64,000 bases of DNA. Source: Vulcanimicrobiota bacterium (GTDB lineage Bacteria; Vulcanimicrobiota; Vulcanimicrobiia; Vulcanimicrobiales; Vulcanimicrobiaceae). A program made the translations under genes and the position numbers. The notes beneath the pieces were generated by a model. It ran no database searches. It was not told the DNA's origin and saw only the letters and a program-made list of their open reading frames with translations. This document shows, in pieces, positions 1-9,563 of this stretch (its first letter is position 1; every line of letters starts with the position of its first letter). Location: NCBI GenBank assembly GCA_963695225.1, contig OY968762.1, forward strand, positions 544,001 through 608,000, given 5' to 3'.

Positions 1-573
1 ACGTATCGCGTCGTGTCGATGGACCAGCCGACCACATACGCCCCGTCGTCGAGCGGCCCCGCGCAGCCGCGCGCCACGCCGACGGATGACGGGACGAGGG
101 TCTCGATGGTCGTGAAGACGACGTCGCTCGGCCCGAAGAAGATCGGCCCCGATCCGACGAACGGCTACAACCTCGACCTCAAGATGACCTCGACGAAGCG
201 GAACGGCGAATCGGAGACAAACGAGATGTCGATGACGTCGTACTACTCGAATTACCCGAGCCAAGGGCTGGTCTGCTCTCACTCCGGCGGCGCTGCTGCG
301 CCGGGACCTGCCGGCAACTTTGCGAGCATCGCCGGCACGGTTTCGCGCGCACTGACGGCGGGCGGGCAGGATAGCCGCTTCAAAGTCTCGTCATCGGGGC
401 CGCCGATCCCGTCAGGCAAACTCTCGCTCTTCGACCGGATGGTTCCCAAGGCGCAGGGCGGCGCGGGAGCAAGCGGCGGGTTCGGCATGCTGACGGAACG
501 CGGACACGTTCGCGGCATCACGGACGCAGATCCCGCGTTCAGCGTTCCGCCGGATTTCACGAAGGAACGATAG
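1..573 (+). CDS. Hypothetical protein, 5'-truncated by the window edge (possibly secreted)
   Basis: Frame is open from position 1 to TAG at 571-573, with high-GC codon usage. No recognisable motif. Confidence 0.6.
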   Translation, partial: TYRVVSMDQPTTYAPSSSGPAQPRATPTDDGTRVSMVVKTTSLGPKKIGPDPTNGYNLDLKMTSTKRNGESETNEMSMTSYYSNYPSQGLVCSHSGGAAAPGPAGNFASIAGTVSRALTAGGQDSRFKVSSSGPPIPSGKLSLFDRMVPKAQGGAGASGGFGMLTERGHVRGITDADPAFSVPPDFTKER

Positions 574-581
574 CCCGCGGG

Positions 582-773
582 CTAAGAGCCGCCCCCGAAC
601 CAGAAATGGACCGCCCAGACGATCTCGCAGAACAGCGCGACGGCCGCGATCACGATTGCCCATTTGAACCAGCCGGGGATCGTGATCGCCTTCCCCGGTT
701 TCGTGCGCACGTCTCCGGCGCTCGAGAGGCTCTCGCCCGGCGCCGGATCCTTGAATTCCGTCATCGAGACCAT
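582..773 (-). CDS. Small single-pass membrane protein (~63 aa)
   Basis: MVSMTEFKDPAP...WFKWAIVIAAVALFCEIVWAVHFWFGGGS has one C-terminal hydrophobic helix. Start is uncertain (773, 764 or 812). Confidence 0.6.
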   Translation of the reverse strand: MVSMTEFKDPAPGESLSSAGDVRTKPGKAITIPGWFKWAIVIAAVALFCEIVWAVHFWFGGGS

Positions 774-864
774 CGTAGCGAGTGAGCCCGCCGTTCGTCT
801 AGTGGACGGCACTCACGCCGGCGCCGCGGGCATCTTTGCCGCAGCGCGCCGCGCAGAAGGAACG

Positions 865-888
865 AAAAACGGCCCGCGAGAGGCCGTC
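865..888 (-). terminator. Rho-independent terminator downstream of tRNA-Lys(TTT)
   Basis: Minus strand reads ACGGCC-TCTCGCG-GGCCGT followed by TTTT. Confidence 0.65.
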
Positions 889-913
889 GTCCAAGGGGAT
901 CGGGTATCCGGTA

Positions 914-986
914 TGCGCCCTCTGGGACTCGAACCCAGAACCAGCGGATTAAAAGTCCGATGCTCTACCGATTGAGCTAAAGGCGC
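914..986 (-). tRNA. tRNA-Lys (anticodon TTT), CCA not encoded
   Basis: Reverse complement GCGCCTTTAGCTCAATCGGTAGAGCATCGGACTTTTAATCCGCTGGTTCTGGGTTCGAGTCCCAGAGGGCGCA folds as a cloverleaf. Confidence 0.95.
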
Positions 987-1279
987 GCCGCCCGGGTTTT
1001 TTGCACGTTTCTCAACGGAACCCTACGTCGCGGTTCCGTCCGCGCGCGTTCCGGCACCTCATCGTTCACCGTCACTCGCAGCGGGTAGCCTGCGCACACC
1101 ATACGATCGTGACGGCAAACCCGTCGATCTCGCTTGCAGGTTTCGGCGGCCGCCGCCGGTCCGCCCGCGCCGTGAGCTGCCGCAGGCGCGGCCGGGCGAG
1201 CCCGCCGCGGCCGAAACCGAGCCGCCGCACCCCTCCGAACAGCGCGCGAAGCAAGCTAGGATTCCCCGCGTTTTCGGGG

Positions 1280-1285
1280 TATAAT
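1280..1285 (+). promoter_or_regulatory. Sigma70-type -10 element for tRNA-Lys(CTT)
   Basis: Perfect TATAAT about 30 nt upstream of the tRNA; the -35 is weak. Confidence 0.55.
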
Positions 1286-1314
1286 GGCGGACGGTCTGGG
1301 CACGATCGGAATAG

Positions 1315-1389
<75 letters not shown>

Positions 1390-1397
1390 AATGTCGA

Positions 1398-1426
1398 AAG
1401 ACCTCCGGATCGCATCCGGGGGTCTT
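1398..1426 (+). terminator. Hairpin, probable terminator after tRNA-Lys(CTT)
   Basis: AAGACCTCCGGAT-CGC-ATCCGGGGGTCTT, a 13-bp stem with one G-U pair; weak U-tract. Confidence 0.55.
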
Positions 1427-1487
1427 CCCATTCTCGGCCGCAAGCGCCGCCCGGCGCGCTCGCGCGTGCGGAGCAGGGGGCTCGACC

Positions 1488-1517
1488 TTGACGGGCGGAA
1501 TCTCGAAGCGGTATAGT
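1488..1517 (+). promoter_or_regulatory. Sigma70-type promoter for tRNA-Leu/tRNA-Gly/tig
   Basis: TTGACG (1488-1493), 18 nt spacer, TATAGT (1512-1517), 12 nt before tRNA-Leu. Confidence 0.7.
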
Positions 1518-1529
1518 TCTCCGGTTCTC

Positions 1530-1614
<85 letters not shown>

Positions 1615-1638
1615 ATCGCCTACGAATCGGACGTTTTT

Positions 1639-1713
1639 GCGGAAGTAGCTCAGTGGTAGAGCATCGCCTTGCCAAGGCGAGGGTCGCGAGTTCGAATCTC
1701 GTCTTCCGCTCCA
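1639..1713 (+). tRNA. tRNA-Gly (anticodon GCC)
   Basis: GCGGAAGTAGCTCAGTGGTAGAGCATCGCCTTGCCAAGGCGAGGGTCGCGAGTTCGAATCTCGTCTTCCGCTCCA. Confidence 0.96.
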
Positions 1714-1735
1714 TTCATTTCCAGCGGGGAATCCC

Positions 1736-3067
1736 TTGACCGCAACGACGCTCAAACGCCTCGACCCGACGCAAGTCGAACTCGAGATCTCCATCACCGC
1801 CGCCGAGTTCGCCGCCGCGCAGGAACGGGCGTTTCGCAGCCTCGTGAAGACCTCGCGCATCCCCGGCTTCCGCCCCGGCAAAGCGCCGCGCCGGGTCTTC
1901 GAAGCAACGTACGGCTCCGCGATGATCGCGGAGCGTGCCATGGACGACATCGTCCCCGCCGCTTACTCCGAGGCGCTCAAGGAGCACGATCTCGAGCCGA
2001 TCGAGCGCCCCAAGATGGAGCTCCTGCCCGAGGAGCCGGAGCATCCGCTCCGCGTGAAGGCGACGGTCAGCGTGCGCCCGGCGATCGAGCTCAAAGAGTA
2101 CAAGGGCGTTGCGTTGACGAGCCCGCCGACGGCGGTCCCCGAGAGCGAGATCGAGCGCAGCCTCGAAGCGCTGCGCCTCGAATCCGCGACGCTTACCCCG
2201 GTCGACCGCGCCGTCGCGATCGGCGACATCGCGACGATCGACTATGCGGGAACGATTGACGGCGTCCCATTCGAAGGCGGCTCCGCAACGAATCAACCGA
2301 CCGAGATCCTCGAAGAACGCTTCATCCCGGGCTTCGCGAGCGGCATCGCCGGCATGAAGGCGGGCGAAACGAAGGATGTCGAGGCGCACTTCCCGGCCGA
2401 CTACTCGAACGCCGATCTCGCCGGGAAGACGGCGGTCTTCCACGTGACCGTTCACGACGTGAAGGAACGCGAACTCCCCGACCTCGACGATGCGTTCGCG
2501 CAACGCTTCCGCGAAGGTGCGACGGTCGCCGACCTGCGCGCGGACATCCGCGCTCGCCTCGAAGCGAATGCGAAGAGTCGCGCCCGCCGGCTCATGACGG
2601 CTCCGCTGATGGAAACGCTCCTCGCGGCGCACGACATTCCTGCGCCGTCGATCCTCGTCGAACGCGAAGCCGCGTCGCTCCTAGACGAAGCTCGCGGCTA
2701 CGCTCGGCAAGCCGACGTTTCTTGGGAGGCGTACCTATCCGGCCAGGGCACGACGGAAGATGAACTGGCCGCGCAGTATCGCAGCGAGGCGGAACGCCGC
2801 GTGCGCTCGACGCTGTTGCTGGAAGCGATCGCAAGAGTCGAGGGGATCGAGGCGACGAATGCCGATCTCGACAACGAACTCTCGATCATGAGCCGCCAGT
2901 ACGGCCAATCCAAGGAAGCGATCTTCGAGATGCTCCGTCCGAACCTCGGCACGCTTGCCGACGGGATCCTGCGGAGCAAGACGATCGAGTTCTTGCTGGA
3001 AAACGCGAGCGTGACGGAGACGGCATCAGAAACTTCCCAGGCCGCAGCCGAGTCAAGTACACTGTAG
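1736..3067 (+). CDS. tig: Trigger factor
   Basis: Ribosome-binding motif IPGFRPGKAP and FKBP domain (IDYAGTIDGVPFEGG, FIPGF); lies upstream of clpP-clpX. Confidence 0.96.
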   Translation: MTATTLKRLDPTQVELEISITAAEFAAAQERAFRSLVKTSRIPGFRPGKAPRRVFEATYGSAMIAERAMDDIVPAAYSEALKEHDLEPIERPKMELLPEEPEHPLRVKATVSVRPAIELKEYKGVALTSPPTAVPESEIERSLEALRLESATLTPVDRAVAIGDIATIDYAGTIDGVPFEGGSATNQPTEILEERFIPGFASGIAGMKAGETKDVEAHFPADYSNADLAGKTAVFHVTVHDVKERELPDLDDAFAQRFREGATVADLRADIRARLEANAKSRARRLMTAPLMETLLAAHDIPAPSILVEREAASLLDEARGYARQADVSWEAYLSGQGTTEDELAAQYRSEAERRVRSTLLLEAIARVEGIEATNADLDNELSIMSRQYGQSKEAIFEMLRPNLGTLADGILRSKTIEFLLENASVTETASETSQAAAESSTL

Positions 3068-3084
3068 TCCTAGGAGGTTGATCG

Positions 3085-3699
3085 ATGGGCCACCTTGTCC
3101 CGATGGTCGTGGAACAGAGCGCGCGCGGAGAACGAGCGTTCGACATCTATTCGCGCTTGCTCAAGGAACGGATCATCTTCGTGGGCGGGCCGATCGACGA
3201 CCAGCTCGCGAACCTGGTGATCGCGCAGCTCCTGTTCCTGGAGCGCGAAGACGCCGACAAAGACATCGACATGTACATCAATAGCCCGGGCGGGAGCGTG
3301 ACGGCGGGGCTGGCGATCTACGACACGATGCAGTTGGTCAAGCCCGACGTGGCGACGATCTGCGCCGGGATGGCAGCATCGATGGGGTCGATCCTGTTGA
3401 CCGGCGGCGCACCGGGGAAGCGGTTCGCGCTCCCCTACGCGAAGATTCTGATCCACCAGCCGTGGGTCTCCCAGGTGGGGGGTCAAGCGACCGATATAGA
3501 AATCCACGCCCGGGACCTGATCGCGACCCGCCGTTCGCTCGCCGGCATCTACGAGCAGACGACGAAGAAGCCGATCGAAGACATCCTCAAGGACATCGAA
3601 CGCGACTACTACATGACGGCGCTCGAGGCGAAGGAATACGGCTTGGTCGACCATATCTTCAGCAAGGAGATGCGGGCCGGCCAGAGCGCTTTGACCTAG
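3085..3699 (+). CDS. clpP: ATP-dependent Clp protease proteolytic subunit
   Basis: [31 protein letters not shown] (catalytic Ser), IHQP; SD AGGAGG. Confidence 0.97.
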   Translation: MGHLVPMVVEQSARGERAFDIYSRLLKERIIFVGGPIDDQLANLVIAQLLFLEREDADKDIDMYINSPGGSVTAGLAIYDTMQLVKPDVATICAGMAASMGSILLTGGAPGKRFALPYAKILIHQPWVSQVGGQATDIEIHARDLIATRRSLAGIYEQTTKKPIEDILKDIERDYYMTALEAKEYGLVDHIFSKEMRAGQSALT

Positions 3700-3701
3700 A
3701 A

Positions 3702-3752
3702 ATGCGCGATCCGAATGAGGTGACCCCAATGCATCGCAAGGCGCTCGTCTAG
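3702..3752 (+). other. Putative mini-ORF (16 aa, or 7 aa from ATG 3729) bridging clpP and clpX
   Basis: ATG 2 nt after the clpP stop; in-frame ATG 3729 has SD GAGGTGA; its TAG overlaps the clpX GTG (TAGTG). Confidence 0.35.
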
Positions 3753-5011
3753 TGTTCCGCTTCGGGGACGAAAAAGGGCAACTCAAGTGCAGCTTCTGCG
3801 GCAAATCGCAGGAGCAGGTTCGGAAGTTGATCGCCGGTCCCGGCGTCTACATTTGCGACGAGTGCATCGAACTTTGCAATGAGATCATCGAGGAAGAGCT
3901 TTACAAGAATTCCGACGAGAGCGTCCGGCTGAGGAACATCCCCAAGCCGAAAGAAATCAACGCGATCCTCAACCAGTACGTGATCGGCCAGGAACGCGCG
4001 AAGAAGTCGCTCGCGGTCGCCGTCTACAATCACTACAAGCGCGTCAACATGAGCGGCGTCGGCGACGACGTCGAGTTGCAGAAGTCGAACATCCTGCTCG
4101 TCGGCCCTACCGGCAGCGGCAAGACGTATCTCGCGCAGACGCTGGCGAAGATCCTCGACGTCCCCCTCGCGATGGCCGATGCCACCTCGCTGACGGAGGC
4201 CGGCTACGTCGGCGAAGACGTCGAGAACATCCTCCTCAAGCTGATCCAAGCGGCGGATTACGACGTCAAGCGCGCGGAGAAGGGCATCGTCTACATCGAC
4301 GAGATCGACAAGATCGCCCGCAAGAGCGAGAATCCCTCGATCACGCGAGACGTCTCCGGCGAAGGCGTGCAGCAAGCCCTGCTCAAGATCCTGGAAGGAA
4401 CGACGGCCAACGTCCCGCCGCAGGGCGGCCGCAAGCATCCGCATCAGGAATTCATTCAGATCGACACGACGAACGTGCTGTTCATCTGCGGCGGCGCGTT
4501 CGACGGGCTGGAGAAGATCATCGAGTCGCGCGTCGCCTCGAATTCGCTCGGCTTCCGCTCGATGCCGGAATCGAAGAAGGCGCAGAAGGTCGGCCGGCTC
4601 CTGCAGCAGTTGATGCCGGAGGACCTGCTCAAGTTCGGTTTGATCCCCGAGTTCATCGGACGCCTTCCGATCGTCGTCACGCTCGACGCGCTCGACGAAC
4701 TCGCGCTGCGGCGCATCCTCGTCGAACCGCGCAACGCGCTCGTGCGTCAATTCCAAAAGATCATCAGTCTCGACGGCGTCGACCTCACCTTCACGAAGGA
4801 AGCGCTGATCGCGATCGCGATCAAGGCGCAGGGGCGCAAGACGGGGGCCCGCGGTCTGCGTTCGATCCTCGAAGAAGTGATGCTCGACGTCATGTACGAC
4901 CTTCCGTCGCTCCAAGGCGTCAAGAAGTGCGTCATCAACAAGGAAGTCATCGAGAAGAAGGAGCAGCCGACGCTGGTCTACGCCGACCGGCCGAAGGACC
5001 TGCCCGCCTAG
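3752..5011 (+). CDS. clpX: ATP-dependent Clp protease ATP-binding subunit
   Basis: C4 zinc finger CSFCGK...CDEC, Walker [23 protein letters not shown]. Confidence 0.98.
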   Translation: MFRFGDEKGQLKCSFCGKSQEQVRKLIAGPGVYICDECIELCNEIIEEELYKNSDESVRLRNIPKPKEINAILNQYVIGQERAKKSLAVAVYNHYKRVNMSGVGDDVELQKSNILLVGPTGSGKTYLAQTLAKILDVPLAMADATSLTEAGYVGEDVENILLKLIQAADYDVKRAEKGIVYIDEIDKIARKSENPSITRDVSGEGVQQALLKILEGTTANVPPQGGRKHPHQEFIQIDTTNVLFICGGAFDGLEKIIESRVASNSLGFRSMPESKKAQKVGRLLQQLMPEDLLKFGLIPEFIGRLPIVVTLDALDELALRRILVEPRNALVRQFQKIISLDGVDLTFTKEALIAIAIKAQGRKTGARGLRSILEEVMLDVMYDLPSLQGVKKCVINKEVIEKKEQPTLVYADRPKDLPA

Positions 5012-5084
5012 CCTCGGGCAACCCCCGGCTTGGGGACGTCGTCCAATTGGGTACATCCTCCCATACTGAGAAAGGAGGAGACTC

Positions 5085-5657
5085 GTGAACGACCTCTACG
5101 AGCGGATCTCCAGAAACTGGTGGCTCTTTCTCGTCCGCGGCATCGCCGCGATCGCGCTGTCGATCTTGACCTTCGCCTGGCCCGGGATCGCGATCGGCGT
5201 CCTCGTCGTGCTGTTCGGTGCCTACGCGCTGGTCGATGGTTTGCTTGCTTTGGGATTCGCGGTTCGGTGCGCGGCCCGGCACGAGCGCTGGATCGGGCTG
5301 CTGCTGGAGGGCGTCCTCGGAGTTCTGGTGGCGATCGTGGTCTTCGTGCTCCCCGGCGCGGCCGCACTCAGCTTCCTGCTGATCGTCGCGTTCTGGGCGA
5401 TCGCGACCGGCGTGTTCGAAATCTTCGCCGCGGTGCGCCTGCGCCGTGAGATCGAAGGCGAATTCTGGCTCGGCCTCGCGGGCGTACTGTCGATCGCGAT
5501 CGGCATCTGGTTCCTGGCGGAGCCGGGGCTCGGCCTGATCGCGACCGTCTTTACGATCGCCGGCTACGAGTTGCTGTTCGGCCTGATGCTGATCGGGCTC
5601 GCGTTTCGCGCGCGCGGCCTGCGCCGCGGCAGCCTGACGCTCGCCCAGAAGCTCTAG
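5085..5657 (+). CDS. HdeD/DUF308 family membrane protein
   Basis: WWLFLVRGIAAIALSILTFAWPG repeat pattern, about 6 TM helices; SD AAAGGAGG. Confidence 0.85.
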   Translation: MNDLYERISRNWWLFLVRGIAAIALSILTFAWPGIAIGVLVVLFGAYALVDGLLALGFAVRCAARHERWIGLLLEGVLGVLVAIVVFVLPGAAALSFLLIVAFWAIATGVFEIFAAVRLRREIEGEFWLGLAGVLSIAIGIWFLAEPGLGLIATVFTIAGYELLFGLMLIGLAFRARGLRRGSLTLAQKL

Positions 5658-5658
5658 C

Positions 5659-6195
5659 CTAGGGGCGGCGCCGTTCGATCTCCTCGGCGAGCGAGCCGGC
5701 CGCGCTTTGCGCGTATGCCCTGGCGAAATCGGCGAGCATGCGGCCCGTCGCGCCCCAGACGTGGATGTCCCGATAGTCGAAGATCCAGCTCGTCACGTCG
5801 CCCTCCGGAAGCCGCTCGAGCCCCATGTGGACGGCACCGGGCGCGACGAGGGCCTGCAACGGGACGAGGTGGAGCGCCGCCGTTTCGGAACCGTCGAGCC
5901 GCGCATCGAGCGGCGGGGCGATCAACCCGACGAACGGCGTCACGCGAGCGCTCCGGTTCACCACCTCGACGTCGGCAAGCTGGGCGACGATCTCGATTCG
6001 CGCGGGCGCGATCCCTAGTTCCTCCTCGAGCTCGCGGAGCGCGGTCGCCCGCAGGTCGGCGTCGCCCGCCTCGATGAGCCCGCCCGGAAAGGCGATCTGT
6101 CCCGGGTTGCGACGCAGATGGCCGGCACGGCGCACGAACGCGACGAGCGGTTCCGGCTCGAGCACGATCGGAATGACGACGGCCGCGCGCAGCAT
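5659..6195 (-). CDS. Nudix hydrolase, CoA pyrophosphatase-like
   Basis: RAAVVIP...RRAGHLRRNPGQIAFPGG...TALRELEEELG Nudix box; C-terminal WGATG. It is the C-terminal part of track ORF 5659..7953. Confidence 0.88.
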   Translation of the reverse strand: MLRAAVVIPIVLEPEPLVAFVRRAGHLRRNPGQIAFPGGLIEAGDADLRATALRELEEELGIAPARIEIVAQLADVEVVNRSARVTPFVGLIAPPLDARLDGSETAALHLVPLQALVAPGAVHMGLERLPEGDVTSWIFDYRDIHVWGATGRMLADFARAYAQSAAGSLAEEIERRRP

Positions 6196-6249
6196 GCCGT
6201 GCGATTCGGGCGAAGGCTCGGCGAAGCCCGCGCGGCGAACCTCGCGGCG

Positions 6250-7323
6250 ATGAGCTCCCGCGCGACGACCGTCCGGCGAATCCTGGAAAGCGCGATCGTC
6301 TTGGCCGCGCTTGCGATCGCTACGGGGATCGTCGCTCCTTCGCGCGCGACGGTCGAGCGAGTCTACAGCACCGGCGTCTATCCGGTCGTCGATCGCAGCG
6401 TCCGCGCGCTGACCGATCGCATTCCGTTTGCGCTGGGCGACGGATTGTTCGTCGCGCTGCTCGCAGCTTTCGCGGGCGGCCTCGCGGTCGCGCTCGCGCG
6501 GACCGCCGCGACGCGCAAGCCCGCGCCGCTGCTGGCGTTCGGGCGGCGCCTGCTCGTCTGCCTCGCGCTCGTGTATCTCTGGTTTCTCGGATCCTGGGGC
6601 TGGAACTATCTGCGCGTCCCCGTCATCGACAAGCTCGTGCTCCATACGGACCGCACGAACGAAGACGCGGTGGCGGAACTCGCAAACCGCACGGTGCGCG
6701 AATTGAACCGGTACGCCGAGGCGGCGCACCGCACGGCTTACGACGGGGCGACGACGGCGGCAAAGCTGCGTCCCACGTTCGACGCGGTGACGCGGCGGCT
6801 CGGAGACCGGACCGCATTCTCGCCGCCGCCAGGGAAATCGACGATTTTCGAATTCCTGATGAAGGCGAGCGGCTCGCAAGGCTTCACGGATCCGTGGACG
6901 CACGAGATCACGCTCGACGGATCGACGTTCCCGTTCGAACGGCCGGCGACGTTCGCGCACGAATGGGGGCACGTCGCCGGCTTCGCCGACGAGTCCGAGG
7001 CGAATTACATCTCCGTGCTCACGTGCACGACCGCCGAGGATCCGTTGCTGCGGTACGCGGGCTGGCTGCTCGTGTGGTTCAACCTCCCTTCCGACGTGCA
7101 CGTGACGCAACGGGCGGTACCGCAGGTCGTGGCAGACATCGAGGCGATCCGCAAACGCGACCTCGCGCAAGTGAAGCCCGTCGTGGCGCGCGCGCAACGG
7201 GCGGCGTACGGACAGTACCTGCGCGCGAACCACGTCAAGGCGGGCTACGGCAGCTACCGGCTGTTCATCCGCCTGCTGACGGCGGCCGACTACGACGCGA
7301 GCGGGCTCCCGGCCGTGCGCTAG
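6250..7323 (+). CDS. DUF3810-like membrane-anchored putative metallopeptidase
   Basis: VERVYSTGVYP, TM helices, WGWNY, AHEWGHVAGFADESEANY (HExxH...E). Confidence 0.8.
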   Translation: MSSRATTVRRILESAIVLAALAIATGIVAPSRATVERVYSTGVYPVVDRSVRALTDRIPFALGDGLFVALLAAFAGGLAVALARTAATRKPAPLLAFGRRLLVCLALVYLWFLGSWGWNYLRVPVIDKLVLHTDRTNEDAVAELANRTVRELNRYAEAAHRTAYDGATTAAKLRPTFDAVTRRLGDRTAFSPPPGKSTIFEFLMKASGSQGFTDPWTHEITLDGSTFPFERPATFAHEWGHVAGFADESEANYISVLTCTTAEDPLLRYAGWLLVWFNLPSDVHVTQRAVPQVVADIEAIRKRDLAQVKPVVARAQRAAYGQYLRANHVKAGYGSYRLFIRLLTAADYDASGLPAVR

Positions 7324-9563
7324 GCGTTCGGATCGAGCGCGAAGCCGCGGCGCCCGTGCTGCGGCGGCGCGACGACGAAGAAGTGCACGCGGGCCGAGCG
7401 CTCGGGGAACGTGGCCTCGAGCGTGTGCGCCCCCAGGACCGCCGCCCAAACGTACCGTCCGTCGGTTCGCGCGAGCGTGCGGCCGTCGAGGCGCACTTCC
7501 CGCGGCGGCGCCGCGCCCGCGAAATCGAACACGAGACGCTGCCCGCCGCCGGGATAGAGCGCGAAACGATCCCCCTCGAGCGGGAAGAGGATGCGGCCCG
7601 GCCCGCTCGCCCGCAGCGGTTGATGGGCGATCCACGGCGCGTACGAATCGTCCAGCTCTGCCGCGAGCGTCGCGCGCGTCGGGGCGGCGGGGGCGCTCGG
7701 CTCGACGTATTCCGTGACGACCGAGGCACAGCCGCGCTCCGGCGGTGCGCCCGTCGTCGCGCAGATGGCGGCGCGCCGGTAACCGCGCGGCGGATCGAAA
7801 GGCGGCGGGTCCTCGCGCTCGTGCAGGTGCAGCATGATCCGGTTCCAGAGCGGGCCCGCTCCCGTTACTCCGGAGATGCGGCGCATCGGCGAGCCGTCGA
7901 AGTTCCCGACCCAGACCGCGACCGTGTACCACTGCGAGGCGCCGACCGTCCACGTATCGCGGAAATCCGACGACGTGCCGGTCTTCGCGAGCGCCGGGAA
8001 CGGGAGCGCGAGCACGGAATTCACGCCGAACGCCTGCGCGCGCGCGTGTCGATCGGCGAGCATGTCGCGCACGAGCGCCCAGGGCGCGTCGTCCGCCCAG
8101 ACGGGCGGCGGCTCGTCGCGCGGAGCGTCGAGCGTCGTGCGCAGCGCGAGCGGCCGGCCGCCGCGGGCGAGCGTCGCGTAGGCGCTTGCGAGTTCGGCGA
8201 GCGTCACTTCTCCGCTCCCGAGCGTGAGCCCGAGTCCGTAGTCGCTCGCCGGCCGGTTCAAATGCGAGAAGCCGAGCGCGTGGAGGCGCTCTAGGAACGG
8301 CTGGACGCCGACACGCTCTAGGACGCGCACCGCCGGAACGTTCAGGGAATTAGCGAGCGCCGCGCGGACGCGCACCGGACCGCTGTACGTGCCGCTGTAG
8401 TCGCCCGGTTGGTAGATGCGCGCGCCCGGGATTGCGTATGTGGCCGGGACGTCGGCGAGGATCGTCGTCGAGCGCAGCGCGCCCCGTTCGAGAGCGAGTT
8501 CGTAGACGAAGGGCTTCAACGTCGAACCCGGCTGGCGCAGCGCCGTGACGCCGTCGTTGCGGCCGAGCGCCGCATCGGAGAAGTAGTCGGGGGAACCCAC
8601 GTAGGCGAGCACGTCGCCGCTGCGGTTATCGACCACGAGCGCCGCGGCGGCGCTCGCATGCCGGTCCGCGAGCGCGGCGACGACGGCGCGGACTTGCCCT
8701 TCGACGTAGCGTTGCAGCGGGAGATCGAGCGTCGTCGCGACGTCCGTCTCCCCCGGGGGGAGCGCGCGCGCGAGCGCGTAGAGCAGATGCGGCGCCGCCG
8801 CGAACCCGCGCGAACGCGGGACGAGCGCGAGCGTCTCGTCCCGCGCGTGCGCGAACTCGTCGGCGGAGATTGCGCCGTCGGCTGCGAGGCGCGCGAGGAT
8901 CGCGCGCCGGCGCCTCTCGAGCCGCGCGCGATGTTGGTAAGGATCGAGCTCGGTCGGCGCGTTCGGGAGCGCCGCGAGGAGCGCAGCCTGCGCGAGATCG
9001 AGCCGGGCGGCATCCGTCCCGAAGTAGGCGCGCGCCGCAGCTTCGACGCCGAACAGGTTCGAGCCCATCGGGATGCGGTTCGCGTAGGCTTCGAGAATCG
9101 CGCGCTTCGAGCTGCCGTTCTCGATCCGCTGCGCGCGCACGGCTTCGACCAGCTTGCCGTACGCGCCGCCGGGGACGGGCGCGATCAGCCGGGCGAGCTG
9201 CATCGTCAGCGTCGACGCGCCGTGGGGTTCGCGCCCCGTCCGCAGCGTCTCGCCGAACGCGCGCAGCGCCGCGTACCAATCGACCGCGCCGTGCGAGAAG
9301 AAGCGGCGGTCTTCGGCGGCGACGAGCGCGCGCAGCATGACCGGCGCGATCCGTTCGAGCGGGACCGGACTCGTCTCCCGATCGCCGTCCCCGCTGATGC
9401 TTCCGAGCGGAAGACCGTTGCGATCGGTGAAGGTGACGGTGCGAGCCGTCTGCGTCAACGCGGGAGGTCCGACCGGCCGCAACAGATAGCACGCCGGCAG
9501 CGTTACAACGAGCGCACAGACGAGAGCGATACGAGGGAACGCATTGGACCGATCGAGTCGCAT
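7320..9563 (-). CDS. pbpC: Penicillin-binding protein 1C
   Basis: Transglycosylase motifs EDRRFFSH and GASTLTMQLAR; transpeptidase motifs STLK, SLN, KTGT; next to an alpha-2-macroglobulin gene. Start is approximate. Confidence 0.9.
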   Translation of the reverse strand: MRLDRSNAFPRIALVCALVVTLPACYLLRPVGPPALTQTARTVTFTDRNGLPLGSISGDGDRETSPVPLERIAPVMLRALVAAEDRRFFSHGAVDWYAALRAFGETLRTGREPHGASTLTMQLARLIAPVPGGAYGKLVEAVRAQRIENGSSKRAILEAYANRIPMGSNLFGVEAAARAYFGTDAARLDLAQAALLAALPNAPTELDPYQHRARLERRRRAILARLAADGAISADEFAHARDETLALVPRSRGFAAAPHLLYALARALPPGETDVATTLDLPLQRYVEGQVRAVVAALADRHASAAAALVVDNRSGDVLAYVGSPDYFSDAALGRNDGVTALRQPGSTLKPFVYELALERGALRSTTILADVPATYAIPGARIYQPGDYSGTYSGPVRVRAALANSLNVPAVRVLERVGVQPFLERLHALGFSHLNRPASDYGLGLTLGSGEVTLAELASAYATLARGGRPLALRTTLDAPRDEPPPVWADDAPWALVRDMLADRHARAQAFGVNSVLALPFPALAKTGTSSDFRDTWTVGASQWYTVAVWVGNFDGSPMRRISGVTGAGPLWNRIMLHLHEREDPPPFDPPRGYRRAAICATTGAPPERGCASVVTEYVEPSAPAAPTRATLAAELDDSYAPWIAHQPLRASGPGRILFPLEGDRFALYPGGGQRLVFDFAGAAPPREVRLDGRTLARTDGRYVWAAVLGAHTLEATFPERSARVHFFVVAPPQHGRRGFALDPNA

